64,000 nucleotides of DNA from Podarcis erhardii. Taxonomy: Eukaryota. Shown in pieces: positions 43,541-55,836 of the stretch (the stretch's first letter is position 1; every line of letters starts with the position of its first letter). The notes under the pieces are model-generated. The model searched no databases. It was not told where the DNA came from and worked only from the letters and a program-made list of their open reading frames with translations. The DNA lies in the NCBI GenBank assembly GCA_964252035.1, contig OZ176211.1. The stretch is one strand, 5' to 3'. A program made the translations under genes and the position numbers.

Positions 43541-46169
43541 CTCAGCCTCCTAATTAAGAGGGCTCCCCACTGCCGCTTTCCTTAGGAAACAGGATCCCGC
43601 TTCGAATAAATATGGAGAGACACCAATGCCCAAAAGAAACAGATTCCGAGCGGGTGGGGTGGGGAAAGCCCCCACCCCCCAAAAAAAACCCGAACAGCAA
43701 CAAGACCTCACCCTTCCCACCGCCCCCCTCCGCCCTCTCCACCAAAGTCTCCATCTCGGTCTACAAACTTTCCACATTCTTGTGTGTGTGTTTTTTTTTA
43801 AAAAATGAAGTTCTTTCTCTTCTTCTGGACCCGCCAAATCATTAGAAACGCCTTTGTGCCCACTTTGTCGTCACTCCGTTTAATCTTACTCTCTACGTTC
43901 CATCATAGTTCTCTAACTTAGCCACGATCGAATTAGGGTATGATGCATTTTAAAAATGCAACTTAGAGAAAGGGGCAGCGGGGCCAGGCAGGCCTCGAGA
44001 GGCAAGAATCCTCGTATACATAGGTTATCGAAGACGATCAAGATGCGCGGGTTCAAAGTCTGGAAAAAGAAATGGCTACACAGCCCTTTCAGGCTCCCAT
44101 CACCACCGCCTCCACTCCCACCCCTTCCAATCTCCCCCCCCCTCTCCCCTCCCCACCCGATTCGCCTTTGTCTGGATTCTGGAGCTGATCAACGTGCAAT
44201 GATACAGAACCTTAATGCCAAAACATTCTCCGCTTAAGCGCATCCGCAAGCAGGCAGGTAGCGAAGGGAAGAATAAACATGGCGGAAAAGCTGATCGATC
44301 AAGGAGAACAAGGCTCAAGATCCTCGTTCCCACGTGCTCACCTTTTCAGAATCGCCTTTTTTTGTATGTGGGGGCATCTAGGTTTTCCTCTGGAGTTGAA
44401 AAGAGCTCCGAGCGTCTAGTGGGGTAGTTTGGTTTAAAATAAAAATAAAAAACAATAGTGGATCCTTCCTCGTGAGTTAACCACCGAGTTATTTTAATAA
44501 AATAAATGAATAAAGAGAAGCCCAAGTCCTCTAACTTCGCAAATAAGTAAGCCCTTGGCTTCCTCCGCCTGTGCAGCCCCTCAGTCAACTAAAACCACTC
44601 GTCCAAGACAGCAACAATCCAGATATACTAGCAAGTCATAAAACTGAACAAAAGCCGACAAACCTTACAGCACCATTGCTATATGGCCCAGACAAATTAC
44701 GACCGTCTAGGTAATATTTAAATAGATTCCTAAAGTAATTGCAGGGGGCTCGGGCAAACTATTCCTGTTGTAAAAGTTCTTGGAGATCTGAAAGTAGGAC
44801 CATGAGAATAAACAGTCACAAACGAGGTATTTTTTTTTTAAAAAAGAGGGTGGTTCATTCCATGCCTTTTATTCTTCTTCCAAGAGAAACATAAACAGCG
44901 TCTCCATTTTGTCCTGTGTTTTTTTTGTTTTTTGTTTTGTTTTTTGTTTTGCTTTACTTCCACGCAGCATTACAATTCATTGGTTTTAAGGTAAGGAGGG
45001 GATGGACGAGAGATAGAGCTAACATCGAGAATAACGCTATAGAATGCTTTGCTTGCAACAGTATCGGCATTTTAATAATATTAATAATATTAATATTAAT
45101 AGACATTTATACATATTCTGTATTCATAGATATTTTTTTCTTTAAAAAAAAAATCTTCTCTTTGCACTACACGCTTGACCTTTTCAACGCATGTAACTTC
45201 ACAGTATCAAGGAAACCAGGGGGAAAAACTTTCACCTCTCTTGCTGTCCCCCACAGTCAAATCAGGGGGAAAATTTCATCTGGTGGTCCAATATACATAG
45301 AATAACACACCTCTCAGTGGACAAAGTCGTTTCTCCTCTCCAAAGCGGGGAGATTTCTTCCTTCCTTCCTTTCATGTGCTTGCCAAGCGTAACTAGCGGT
45401 AACCCAAAGGTATCCAAAGCAAAAACTACCTCAAGTCATTACCTACAACCAGAAAGTGTAAGATTTTAGCCAATAAAGCAGACAAAGACTTTCCTCTCTC
45501 CTTTTTTTGGGGGGGAAGGGGGAGGAGGAGGGGGAAGAGGTCTCATTTTCGTGGCAATTTTAAAAGTTGTAATATTAAATATGGATTTTTGGGTACGCGG
45601 GGGATTGGGCACAAACATATAAGTGCGCCAGCCTTGGCTCCTGACACCGTATTCTATAACCTGATGTTATCTGGATCGGCTAGACGCATGCTTCCTATTA
45701 AGCAGCGGCGTGGCCAGATTTTAATTATTCAAAACCATCCTCGGCTCAGATCCAAAACACCAGCTATCATTACAGTGCGGTGGAAGAGAACGCAAGTTGC
45801 CTTCAGTCTTATTTGGCTCAATTTTCTGAAAATGGAGTTTGGCAGAAGGGTGTTGAGAGGGGGGGGGGGACAATAGGCATCTAGGGTTCTGAAAACCATC
45901 CCCCCCCCCAGCACCAGACTTTCCAGAACCGGGAATTCACGGAGGGCAGTAGCGGACATGGATGGGGTAGTGTGCATCAGTTATGGCTTCATCCCAACGA
46001 AATCAATTACCAAGAGGCCATGGAGAGGCTGAGGATGTAATTGAAAGGCTCGGACGCACACAGGTGCGAGTAGCTAGAGGCTTAGGGGGTGGGGAGGAGA
46101 CCCGTGCGTGGGGGGGGGGGTGGAACCGTCCTAGCTGTTCAGACCATCAAGATGCGTGCCTAGGGTTCA

Positions 46170-49100
46170 TCAGGAGAAATTGAAGTTGGCTGTGAGCTCC
46201 CGGATTCGATTCTCCCTGTTCATTTTCTTCAGTTTCATCCTGCGGTTCTGAAACCAGATTTTGACTTGTCTGTCTGTTAGGTGGACTGTGCGGCTGATCT
46301 CTAGGCGACGCTCACGAGTCAGGTACATGTTGAACAGAAACTCCTTTTCCAGCTCGAGAGTTTGGTGCTTGGTGTAAGGGCATCGCTTCTTCCTGCCACT
46401 TTTTGCGGTGAGCCAACTGGCTGCGTTCTCTCCTTTGGAATTGCCTAGTTTTAAGGGGGGGAAAATAAGGAAAAAAAGGGAAGATTACCAGAAGGACACC
46501 AGGAAAACTTGGGCGGCGTAGCGGGGCTGGGCTGGGGGACGCTTCCGTACTTAGTACCGAATATAAATTTGAGAAGGGCACTCTGGCCTTCCTTCAGGGT
46601 TCGGGTCCTTCTTAAATTTGGAGCCCCAAAGGAGAGCGAGCATTGCAACACACTCCCTGACTTTGCCGCATCTCGCTGGTCTGAGAGACCGGATCGCTTT
46701 TGGAGTTGACACCGATGCGCACAAATGCCTTTGGCAGTGGCGTCTTGCAGGGTTCTGCCTCTGCTTCAGTCCTGGCCGTTTGTTCTCAAAACACTCGTTG
46801 CGAGACCGCCCCCTGCTCCCTCCCCTAAATCCAGATTATTTGAAAATGTGGTCGACGCTGCCGAAGCGCTCGATTAAAAAAAAGAAGAAGCCCTGGGTGG
46901 CTATTTTTTTATTGGGGGTGGGGTCGTTTTCGAATTGTTATGTCTAATATTTCTGGCGAATGAGGGCTGCAACCCCATCTAAACTACTCCCCACACCCTT
47001 CCAGAGCATGTTCGCTCAGAAGTAAGTCCCACTGTGTTCAGTGCGGCTTACTCCCCGGTAAGCAGGTATAGGAATGTTGCGTTACTGAGAATCAAGCCCG
47101 TTCAATTCAGTGGTGCAGCAAACAAGCAAGCATAGGAACGGGCTGTGCGTTTAAAATTCAAATTAAATCTAAACCGTTGGGCAGTTTAGCGCTGAGATGG
47201 TTCCTACAAGCACACACTGATGATGCACGTTGGTTTTTTTAAAGCACATATGCATTTCTCTTTATTTTTTGGAAGTACATGTAGCTGGAGGTGGGGCTGG
47301 GGCGGGAAACCCAACTCTCTCTGTGTGCATTTAGATAACGATATGCATATGCATATATGTGTGGACACACGTAACATGCTTCATTGCATCCTGTTTCAGA
47401 ATTGTGGGAGAAACAACAACTGTAAGCTTACCCTGCGGAGTTCCCGGTTTTATTTTCTTATTATTATTTTCTTATTCCCTTTAATGGCATCATGAAACAG
47501 AATTTTTTTCTGCAAAAGCCACTCGCCATCCCCGCGCGTTGAAATGAATGACTGAGCACCGACCAGGAACTCTGGCATTCTTGTACAGCTCCCATTCATT
47601 CCAATGACCCTGCGTATATTTCAACACAGAAGCCTTGTGGCGCTCTGGAGAGCCTCTCGCAGCGCAGTCTCCAGCAGTCTAATTTGATAGTGCTTCATAG
47701 AAGAGAATTTTAACCCAGCTGCCTTTCTTTCTTTTTTTTAAAGGCATCCAGGATCGTAAACTAGAACTTAGCCTGTTAATGGGCTTATTTATTGGCGCTG
47801 GCCCCTTGCTTACTTTGGACGCTTTACAAACATCTATGTTATCTCTGCAGTCACCTCAGCATCACTTGAGGCGAGGAAATACAGAGCTGTATTTATCTCT
47901 TTTTCCTTTTCTTCCTATTTTGTCTCTTTTCAAGCCCTTTGGCTTTAGAATTTTACCCATACTCAGCTTTTCCTTTCTTTTTGTATGGCTCATAAACTCG
48001 AAGGGGTGGCTATATCAATATTTATTTATTTACAGCATCCCAGCGTCCAAATATGAATGGCAGCTCAGCAGGTTACGCTAAGCCGCTCTATGAATGGCCA
48101 TTTTGGTCAGCGAAGGGGGCTTCCAGTATTCTGGGCGATTCTCACCCCCTTATCGCATCCCACCCCTCCTGGTTTTTGTGGCAACGGGGGCGGCTGCCGT
48201 GCGCGGGGGCGGGGGAGCTAGGCGGGTAGAGAGTAGTGCATTTATTTATTTTATTTTATTGCTTACCTAGCGTTTCCTTCTCTGGAGAGGGCTTGCTGTT
48301 CTCTGATGGAACCGGGGAGAGTTCTTCGGGGGCCGAAGAGGAAGCTTGCCCGTCTTCCTCGCCCCTTTGGGCCACGCAAGCCAAGGTGCTGGGTGGGGAT
48401 GAATCCTCGCTGTCTTTCCTCCCCGGATCCGGCGGTGGGACTGCAGGAGTCAACGCTGGCGGAGTTTCAAAGCGCACTTGAGGTTGCGGGGCGAACTGGG
48501 AAGGAACCACCATCTGCCCCGGGTGGTGCTGCTGCTGCTGCTGCTGCTGCTGTTGGTGATGATGTTGATGGTGGTGGATGCTGCTGTTGTTGTTGTAGCT
48601 GCTGCCATTGCTGCTGCCGCTGCTCTTGCTGGTGCCGTAGGCTTGAGACAAGCGGAAGTAGCCTGGGACGGGCACCCCGGTGGCTGTCACGGTGTTCATG
48701 GAGCAGACCTCCGAGCTCAGCCTTGGGAAAACGGACAAGTCGGTGGCCGCCGCCTCTTTGGGGCCCTTCTCGGCGTCATAGAGGCAGTAGGAGCTCTCCT
48801 CTTTGATGTTGGGAGCGAAGGAGCAGGAGGTCGCCTGCGGGCTCTCGTGCTCTTCCAGGCGGCAGGACCTGGGGGGATCTAGCCAGACTTCCATCCCTGA
48901 CATGTAGGCGTGAGAAGCCGGCGCCACGCTTGGAGAAGGGCCTTCATTGCGTTTGCTCAAGACCGGGAAAAGCCCGTAGCTTTGCAGCCCATAGGACAGA
49001 TCGGACGCCTGTGGCAGGTAGACACCGCTGTTGTTGGGATAGTAGCCGCCGCCTCCTCCGCCTCCTCCTCCTCCAACTCCTCCGCCGCCCCCGCCTCCGC

Positions 49101-49242
49101 CTCCTCCGCCTTCCCCTCTGCTTGAGGCTGAGCTGATCAAGGAGTCCACCAAAAAAGAGTTTGCAGCGGGGCTCTCCGAGCATGCCATGGCCGTGGTGGA
49201 ATAATTTGGCGAAGAGAGCAGATAGCCCTTTCTGGCTGACAT
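46170..49242 (-). CDS. HOXA10: Homeobox protein Hox-A10, 416 aa; exons 48267-49242 and 46170-46444
   Basis: [43 protein letters not shown], donor at 48267/48266, acceptor at 46445/46444, [12 protein letters not shown] homeodomain, C-terminus [10 protein letters not shown]. 976+275 nt is in frame. Confidence 0.98.
47006..47080 (+). mobile_element. Near-complete MITE-like repeat, copy H (HOXA10 intron)
   Basis: GCATGTTCGCTCAGAAGTAAGTCCCACTGTGTTCAGTGCGGCTTACTCCCCGGTAAGCAGGTATAGGAATGTTGC. Confidence 0.75.
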
Positions 49243-50050
49243 TTCTTGTGCAAAACATTCTGGATATGATTAGAGATACCCCCGCGCCACGGCGAGTGCG
49301 TGCAGCCAATGGAATCCCAGCCCTCGCCAGCAACCCCTCCCCGTTTGGTTTCGTAGGCAATGAGCTGCTCTCAGGTCCACTGCTGAATTTTATATATGTG
49401 TGTGTGTATGTGTGTGTGTGTAATCGATGGTGCCACATAGCTGCCCTTGCCTAGGTACCCGGGGTACAATTGATGTTGCCACATATAGGCTGCCTTTTGC
49501 CTGCGTGTGAGCAAAGGAGGGGGAAAGGCGCGCGTGGGCTCTCGCGCTCACGGAGGAGAAAGGGGAGACAAACAATAGAAAACAATTTGCCCCGATTTTA
49601 ATGCAACCCATAATTTAGCCAGGCTTCCTCTTTAAGCATATGCGCTAATATAAAATTGCAAAAGAGCATATTAAGCGTTCAGGTCGTAAAGCGAGCTGTA
49701 AGTGAACCTTTCAACATCCCAACTCCTCTCTCTCTTTCTGCCACCTCGCCACCAACATTCCCCCTCCCCCTTTTGCTCTCCCAATCCCATCTCATACAGC
49801 CCATGGCTGTGATGAAATTATTAAAACCTCAGTATTTATTGTCAAGCCCTGGGACATGCTTTTGCTTACCTATTTTTAGTGGCGGTGATTATGGCATCAC
49901 GGGCCACTGGAAGTTCTAAACCAATCTGACCTCCTCACTAGCACTGAAGGTTTACGGACATCATAAAGTCACCCAATGCCTCCTCAAGATGACAACGACA
50001 CTAATGAAGAAAATTCTCAAGCCTGGCTCCCATCTTTGAATATTGACATA

Positions 50051-50135
50051 TACGTGTTTTACGCGGAAGCAAGTCCCACTGTGTTCAGTGTGGGATGGGT
50101 GGGTTTACTTTCAGCTAAGTGTACATATAGAAATA
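50051..50135 (+). mobile_element. MITE-like repeat, copy I (with an internal insertion)
   Basis: GGAAGCAAGTCCCACTGTGTTCAGTG...GGTTTACTTTCAGCTAAGTGTACATATAGAA. Confidence 0.55.
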
Positions 50136-52560
50136 CCGGCTCAGAAGTGAACCGCCGCCTGGCAGAGAGGCTGAGGAGCGCCACTGTCAAGTATTCCTGT
50201 CTAGCGCCGCAGAAGCAACAGTAACAATATGAGCCCATCTTTGTTGACCCAGTAAGCAAGCATTGCATCGAAGTCTTCCGTATCTGGTCTTAAACTAACA
50301 TGCGAAGCAGAAATATCTGGTGTGTCTTGTAGGGACGAGGATAGCAAAAGGTCTCACAGAACGTGGATGCGAGATATCCTCAGATTAACATTAAATTCTA
50401 ATGGTTAGTGTTCGGAATTGTTTCTTTTTCCCCCAAGGGGGAGTATAATAAAAATCGCACACCCACTATAGATTCAAAAGTGCGCCACAAGCAAATTATC
50501 TCAAAATATCCTCATTCTCAACCCATAAAAGGCTAAAAAGGGCTGTCAGACAAAACTGTGTAGCCAGTTCGTAATTGTGGTAGACAACTAGCAGACAAGA
50601 GAGTGAGACCGGCAGACGGGGGCAGATAGATAGATTTTTTTAATTGGGGGGGGGGAGCGAAAGAATGGCTCCACTTCTCTCTCTGCCTCTCATGTTCTTG
50701 GCACGCGTTGTTTGGAAATAATAAAAACTTGAGAGAAATAACATCTCTTATTGTCCATGGAGTCTTTTAGAATTATTATTTTTTAAGAAAAGAAAAGAAA
50801 TATTTGTTTAACTTTTTTTTTAGGTTACAAATCCCTGCGTTAAGTATCTCTTCTTCCAAACCGCCCCAGCTGGTAGGATTTAAATGATCGCCTGTCTCTG
50901 CTCCCAAGCGAGTAGGAATATTCTTTTGAACAATTCAATATTGTGCTGTAAATCTTCTGCTCGGTTCCGTTTTGGCACCCACTCCCTCGTCCATAAAGCC
51001 CTCAAAAGCGCTAAGAATGCCAAGGGAATCGGGAGGCAAAGGCGCTGCCTTCTTTTCCTGACCAAGCCTTCGGGGTAGTGAGTGCTGCAGAGAGGGTGGC
51101 TTTCAGATATACCCTCTCTGGCACGGCTTACCCTTGGCTTTCATACAATGCAGGGCAAGTCCTGCAAAATGCTTATATGCTCATTATGCCACTCCGCACA
51201 TTTCCCACTTTCCACAGCACGGAGGGGTGGGTAGGGTAGGATTGATCTGCCAAGCCTCGCATGCCTAATAATGCACTGGTTTTGCCTACAGAAGTGGGGA
51301 AATTCCCTCCCTTCCTTCTGGGATTCCCCTCCGCTTAGCTTCTAAAACATCCAGAAGGCAGCAGGACACAGAACGCGAGTTTTCTCCTAGGCAAGTTAAC
51401 GCGAAGGGGGCCTCCTGAGGTTTCTGGCTTGTCGGATGGGAAGCCTGGCAGAGATAGTTTCAACTTTGCCGGGCCCGTAAAATCTTTATGAAAAGGCAAG
51501 ACGTCCTTCTTAAGCCACTTCCACCACTGCCATACCCATCACCCTCACCTATCATCTCCTCTCCCACCAGCCAAGAATTGCGCCCTGGGTTTTTCACTTC
51601 TGCTGGCTTCCAGCACAAGTTAAGCATGGAGGCAGAACAACCAGAGGCAGGGGGTCAGCAGCCTATAAGAAGAGCCGCCTTCCCCACACCCTGGAGTAAT
51701 ATTGTCCGTGTTTCCCCAACTCGGCTTAACTTACACTGTGTTAATGTGCGAGGAACAAGTTCTTATCAGATTCCTAGGAGGGCAATATGACTTCTAGCAA
51801 AATTAATGCCATATAAGGAGCACTTTTATGGGCTAGCACATTGGAAACGTATTATCAATGGGCTTAGAGTTGTAACAGCAGATCTCCGCGCAATGAAATG
51901 GGACCCGCGCGCACGGCCCACCTTCGCCTTTCCCAGGACTTGGTGGGGCTAAAATCAGGTAGATCAAAACTTCGAGGAGGGGGAATCTCGTCCGGTGCGG
52001 TGTGTTGATCCCCGCCTTCACCCCTCATCTACCAGATCCAAAAGAAATGAAGCGCATGCCTTAAAAAATCTTGCTACTAATGCAACAACAACAACAACAG
52101 CCGTCTACCTGGGGAAGGGTCCGTTGAAGAAAGAAAATATAATAGAAGTCTGTTTAAAAATAATAATCACCCCCCAATTTAAATAAAAAGATTGCGAATC
52201 TATAGATCCCAATGGAAAGAATTCCCTTCCGCCATTCCTCTCTTTAAATAAGTGCTACAGTGAAGGTCGAGCCGATTCGTGAGTCTAGCGAAGGCGAAAA
52301 ACCTGGAGATACGGGACTGCGCACCTCATAAGTGCACGGGCGACTGACCATTTCCCGTTTCAGAGAGGTCCAGGGGCATCCCGTGGGCCACTTTGGAGGT
52401 CAGTTGGACCTTTGGTCAGATCCATCCCAGCAAGACTCGGTTTCTGCTCTTAAGATTCAAGAGAAGACTCGAAGGGGAAACCGGCAGACGAAACCAGAGG
52501 AGCGGGGCTAGGAAAATGGTTTGAAACCTCTTCTCTTTCAGGTTAGAACCGCTTGCAGCT

Positions 52561-52562
<2 letters not shown>

Positions 52563-52600
<38 letters not shown>
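52563..52600 (+). repeat. (CA)n microsatellite
   Basis: Read directly from sequence. Confidence 0.95.
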
Positions 52601-52603
<3 letters not shown>

Positions 52604-54572
52604 CTGCAATCAAGGGTACTGCTGGTTCCTTTTCACTCAAAGTATAAGGCAATAAGGAAGCGGCCCCTCATATCCAGGGCCCCATTTTATGGTTGGGTTT
52701 GTGGGACCCAAAGCGTCTGGGCTTTGATGGTCAAGGCACCCAGGGCCGGATCCGAAGCCCGGGGAGGTCAATGGTAAAGAGAAGGCTAGCATTTGACTCG
52801 GGGAAGCTTTTGGACCGCGCGAGGAGAAGCTCGTGAACTCGGCTCTCGGCGCCTTTTTTCTTTAATCGCTAACAAGGCCAAAAGCATCGTCAAAGCCAGT
52901 GAAGTAAAACTAATAATGTGCACTTGATTTTTAACTATAAAAGATAATGGTCAATTCTAGAGCAAACTAAACTACTTTGGCGTGCATTGTGTGTAGCGGT
53001 AACATTTTAAACACTTAACAATGTGTCTCGGACATTAACCAGGACTTTATAGCATTTCTTGAGACTATTATGCAGGGCGCGCGGGGGGGGGGGGGGGGAG
53101 AAGAGAAATGACTGCTTTTTCATTCTACTCCTGCCAACAAACTCGTCTGGGAGATTGGGAAGTGGGTGGGTGGAGGGTTGGCGGGTTAAGCACCAGCAAA
53201 CAACCAGCCAGCTCTACAACCAGCCTAGAGTCTCCTTAGTTGAGTTATGGAATGGACCGAAGGCTCTCAGAAGCCACCCAAAGGGCTGGTAGTTTGAGGT
53301 GAGGGGTGGGGAGACGAGCTTTTGTACACTGCGGAGACACAGATATCCTATTAATTTTTTAAACAACAACAACACCACCACAGTTATTGGTCCAAGAGAA
53401 ATATAATGGCTGCATTAGTACAGTCGTTAGGCTGTTTTATGAGTTTGAACTGAAAATTAAAAAAGACTGGAAGAGCTAAGGAAGACACAATAACTTAAGC
53501 CAAGTTAGATCGAAGGAGGGATTTCCCCCCCTACCACTTTCTGTCTCTCTTCCTTTAAAATCCCACTCGCTGAAGAGAATGATTTATCCACTCCTTATTT
53601 CCAGGAGGAACTAAAAAGGTACAACATTGTTAAGAAAGGGATGCTATTTTGTATGCTAATTAAAACGGGCTTTATATTTCTGACATGGGTAAATTGAGGT
53701 TTTGCGGGAAAGGGGCTGGCGGTGGCGGGGGGGGGGGTGCGCGGAGAGGAAGGAAAAAGTGTAAAAGCTATCATGGGAGTCGGAAGGCTGCCTGCCTTTA
53801 AATATATAGCCGCAGATTGCATTTTGTAAATCTCCACCCAAATTAATACAATCAGTGCGCACTTATTTAATATTAAAAGTGTCAGTTGTCAAGAATGTGA
53901 CTGTGTGCCAAGGCAGTTTTCCCTCTGGAAAAATTTCCAAACAGGCGGCTTTCCATCAGGCGTTTTAAGAACTGCATCTCTGCGCCAAGAAAAGGTGTCA
54001 AACGACTACCGAAGTAATTTTTTATCTTCGCTTCGAAATTCTTTCAGGTTAAAGGAGGGGGGAAGGGGGGAGAGGGCCTGAAGGGTAAAGAGTGAGCGAC
54101 GATCGGGTTTGGGAGATTTATTTCCTTTAAAATTTGGACTTCGTTTGCACCTTAAGCCCATTTTTTTTCCTGGCAGCTGGGATTCTGGTCTGGCTGAAAT
54201 CCTGCTCACAGGTTTGCTGGTGACTACCTTCCTTCTTCTCTCTGATAGGGATGGGATTTATGTGCGGGCAACCGAGCGCAGGATCGCAGCCTGGCACCCC
54301 AGTGTTAAACGCGTCGGTCGGGAAGGAAGTCCTGCTGGTTTCAATAGAACATCCTTCCGCGCGAGAGTGGCTGGGACCACAGACGTATATGAATGCGTAT
54401 TTACTTGGACGTAAATTCAGTTGAAGTCAAGGGCATCTCTCCCAAATCAACGTCTCCTAAGGAATGGGAGCAGAGCACAAGTCTTTTCAGGTCTCAGTGG
54501 GGCTCACATTCAAAATAAGGCCATTCCAAAGCCTAAGCTAGAGGATCCGGAGCATAAGAAAGTTATTAAATA

Positions 54573-54650
54573 CTACAATCCTGCGCACACTTAACCTGAG
54601 ACTTGAAGCCCTATTGAATTTAATGCGACTCACTTCTGGGTTAGCAAGCC
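54573..54650 (-). mobile_element. MITE-like repeat, copy J
   Basis: CTACAATCCTGCGCACACTTAACCTGAGACTTGAAGCCCTATTGAATTTAATGCGACTCACTTCTGGG matches the reverse-complement consensus. Confidence 0.55.
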
Positions 54651-55492
54651 TAGCTCCAGGCTAGCAGACACGTATCTAGCATTTTCCGTCGTAGACTCCC
54701 GTCTGGTTCTAGTAGCCCATTATGTTGTGCGCGTAGCAACGAAATTTGGAGAGAGTGCATTGAACTGACTCCAGCAAAGTTGGATTTCTCCCTTCGAATA
54801 ATTTAGGCTAGGCAATAATATGTTGAAGTCAAAGCGAGGCGCATGTCTGAACCTATGCTTCTTCTTTTCTTTTCAACGTGAGTTTGGCACACTATTTCAA
54901 ACTAGGAGGCAGCAGCTGTTCGCGGAGGGGGGATATCTATTTGCATTTCTAAGTTACAACGTAAAATTATAATATAAAATTATATTGAAGCTCGGCCATG
55001 GTTCGTTCTCAGAGGCATTTTCTTTGCACAGATTTGGGGTGGGATGGGGAATACTAGATATCCGAAGGAAACGTCGAAGTGGAAGACGCCTCTTTAAAGA
55101 CCTTAGGCAATCGCAGCATATTATGAACTAGAGTCATTTTCACCCTCTTCCCCCAAGCACACTATCCCAGCTTATTAGAAATCGACGCGGGTGGGGAAGA
55201 GTGAATATAAGGAATCAGCTACAAGGAAGGTTTCTTTCTGACCTAGATCTACAGCAAACTTAATTTTACCACTAGAGGATATCTGGAGACTAACCATTGT
55301 GGAAACCTGTTTATTGTTTATATTTTTGGATGAAATGAAAGAAAGAGAAGCAACCAAAACCAAAAAAGTATGCTTCTGAATACACGTATTTATTCATTTT
55401 TGCTGGTTTCTTTTTCTTTCTTCTTGTTGTTAAAATGAAGGGGAAAACCTCTCATTTGAGTTTGTTATGCTTAAATTTTTATCATTTTATGT

Positions 55493-55836
55493 GGACACCA
55501 TGCTACTACTACAGAAGCACGAGGTAACTGGTGACGTGATCTGCTAATAAGACCTAAGAAATTGATTAAATAAAAGCAAACAAAAACAAAAGTTGTTGGG
55601 CTGAACGTTTCCCTCCTATTAATCGCTTGCCTTTGTTTCCATAAGCACTGGAGGAAAGTTCCCTCGGAAAAGAGGACACCATGCTTCTACCACAGAAGCA
55701 GGAGCTGACTGGTGAAATGATTTGCTAATGAGACCTAAGAAATTGATTAAATAAATGCAAGAAAGTTGGTGGGCGGAACGTTTCCCTCCTATGAATCGGT
55801 TGCCTTTGTTTCCATAAACTGAAGGAAAGTTCCCTC
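55493..55836 (+). repeat. Diverged two-copy tandem duplication (period about 181 nt; 55493-55665 and 55674-55836)
   Basis: Shared blocks GGACACCATGCT, ACAGAAGCA, GAGACCTAAGAAATTGATTAAATAAA (AAGACC... in copy 1), GAACGTTTCCCTCCTAT, TTGCCTTTGTTTCCATAA, GGAAAGTTCCCTC. Confidence 0.92.

Noticed and set aside
54416-54436. AGTTGA-N5-AGGGCA as a RARE
   Set aside because: Both half-sites are degenerate and there is no supporting context.
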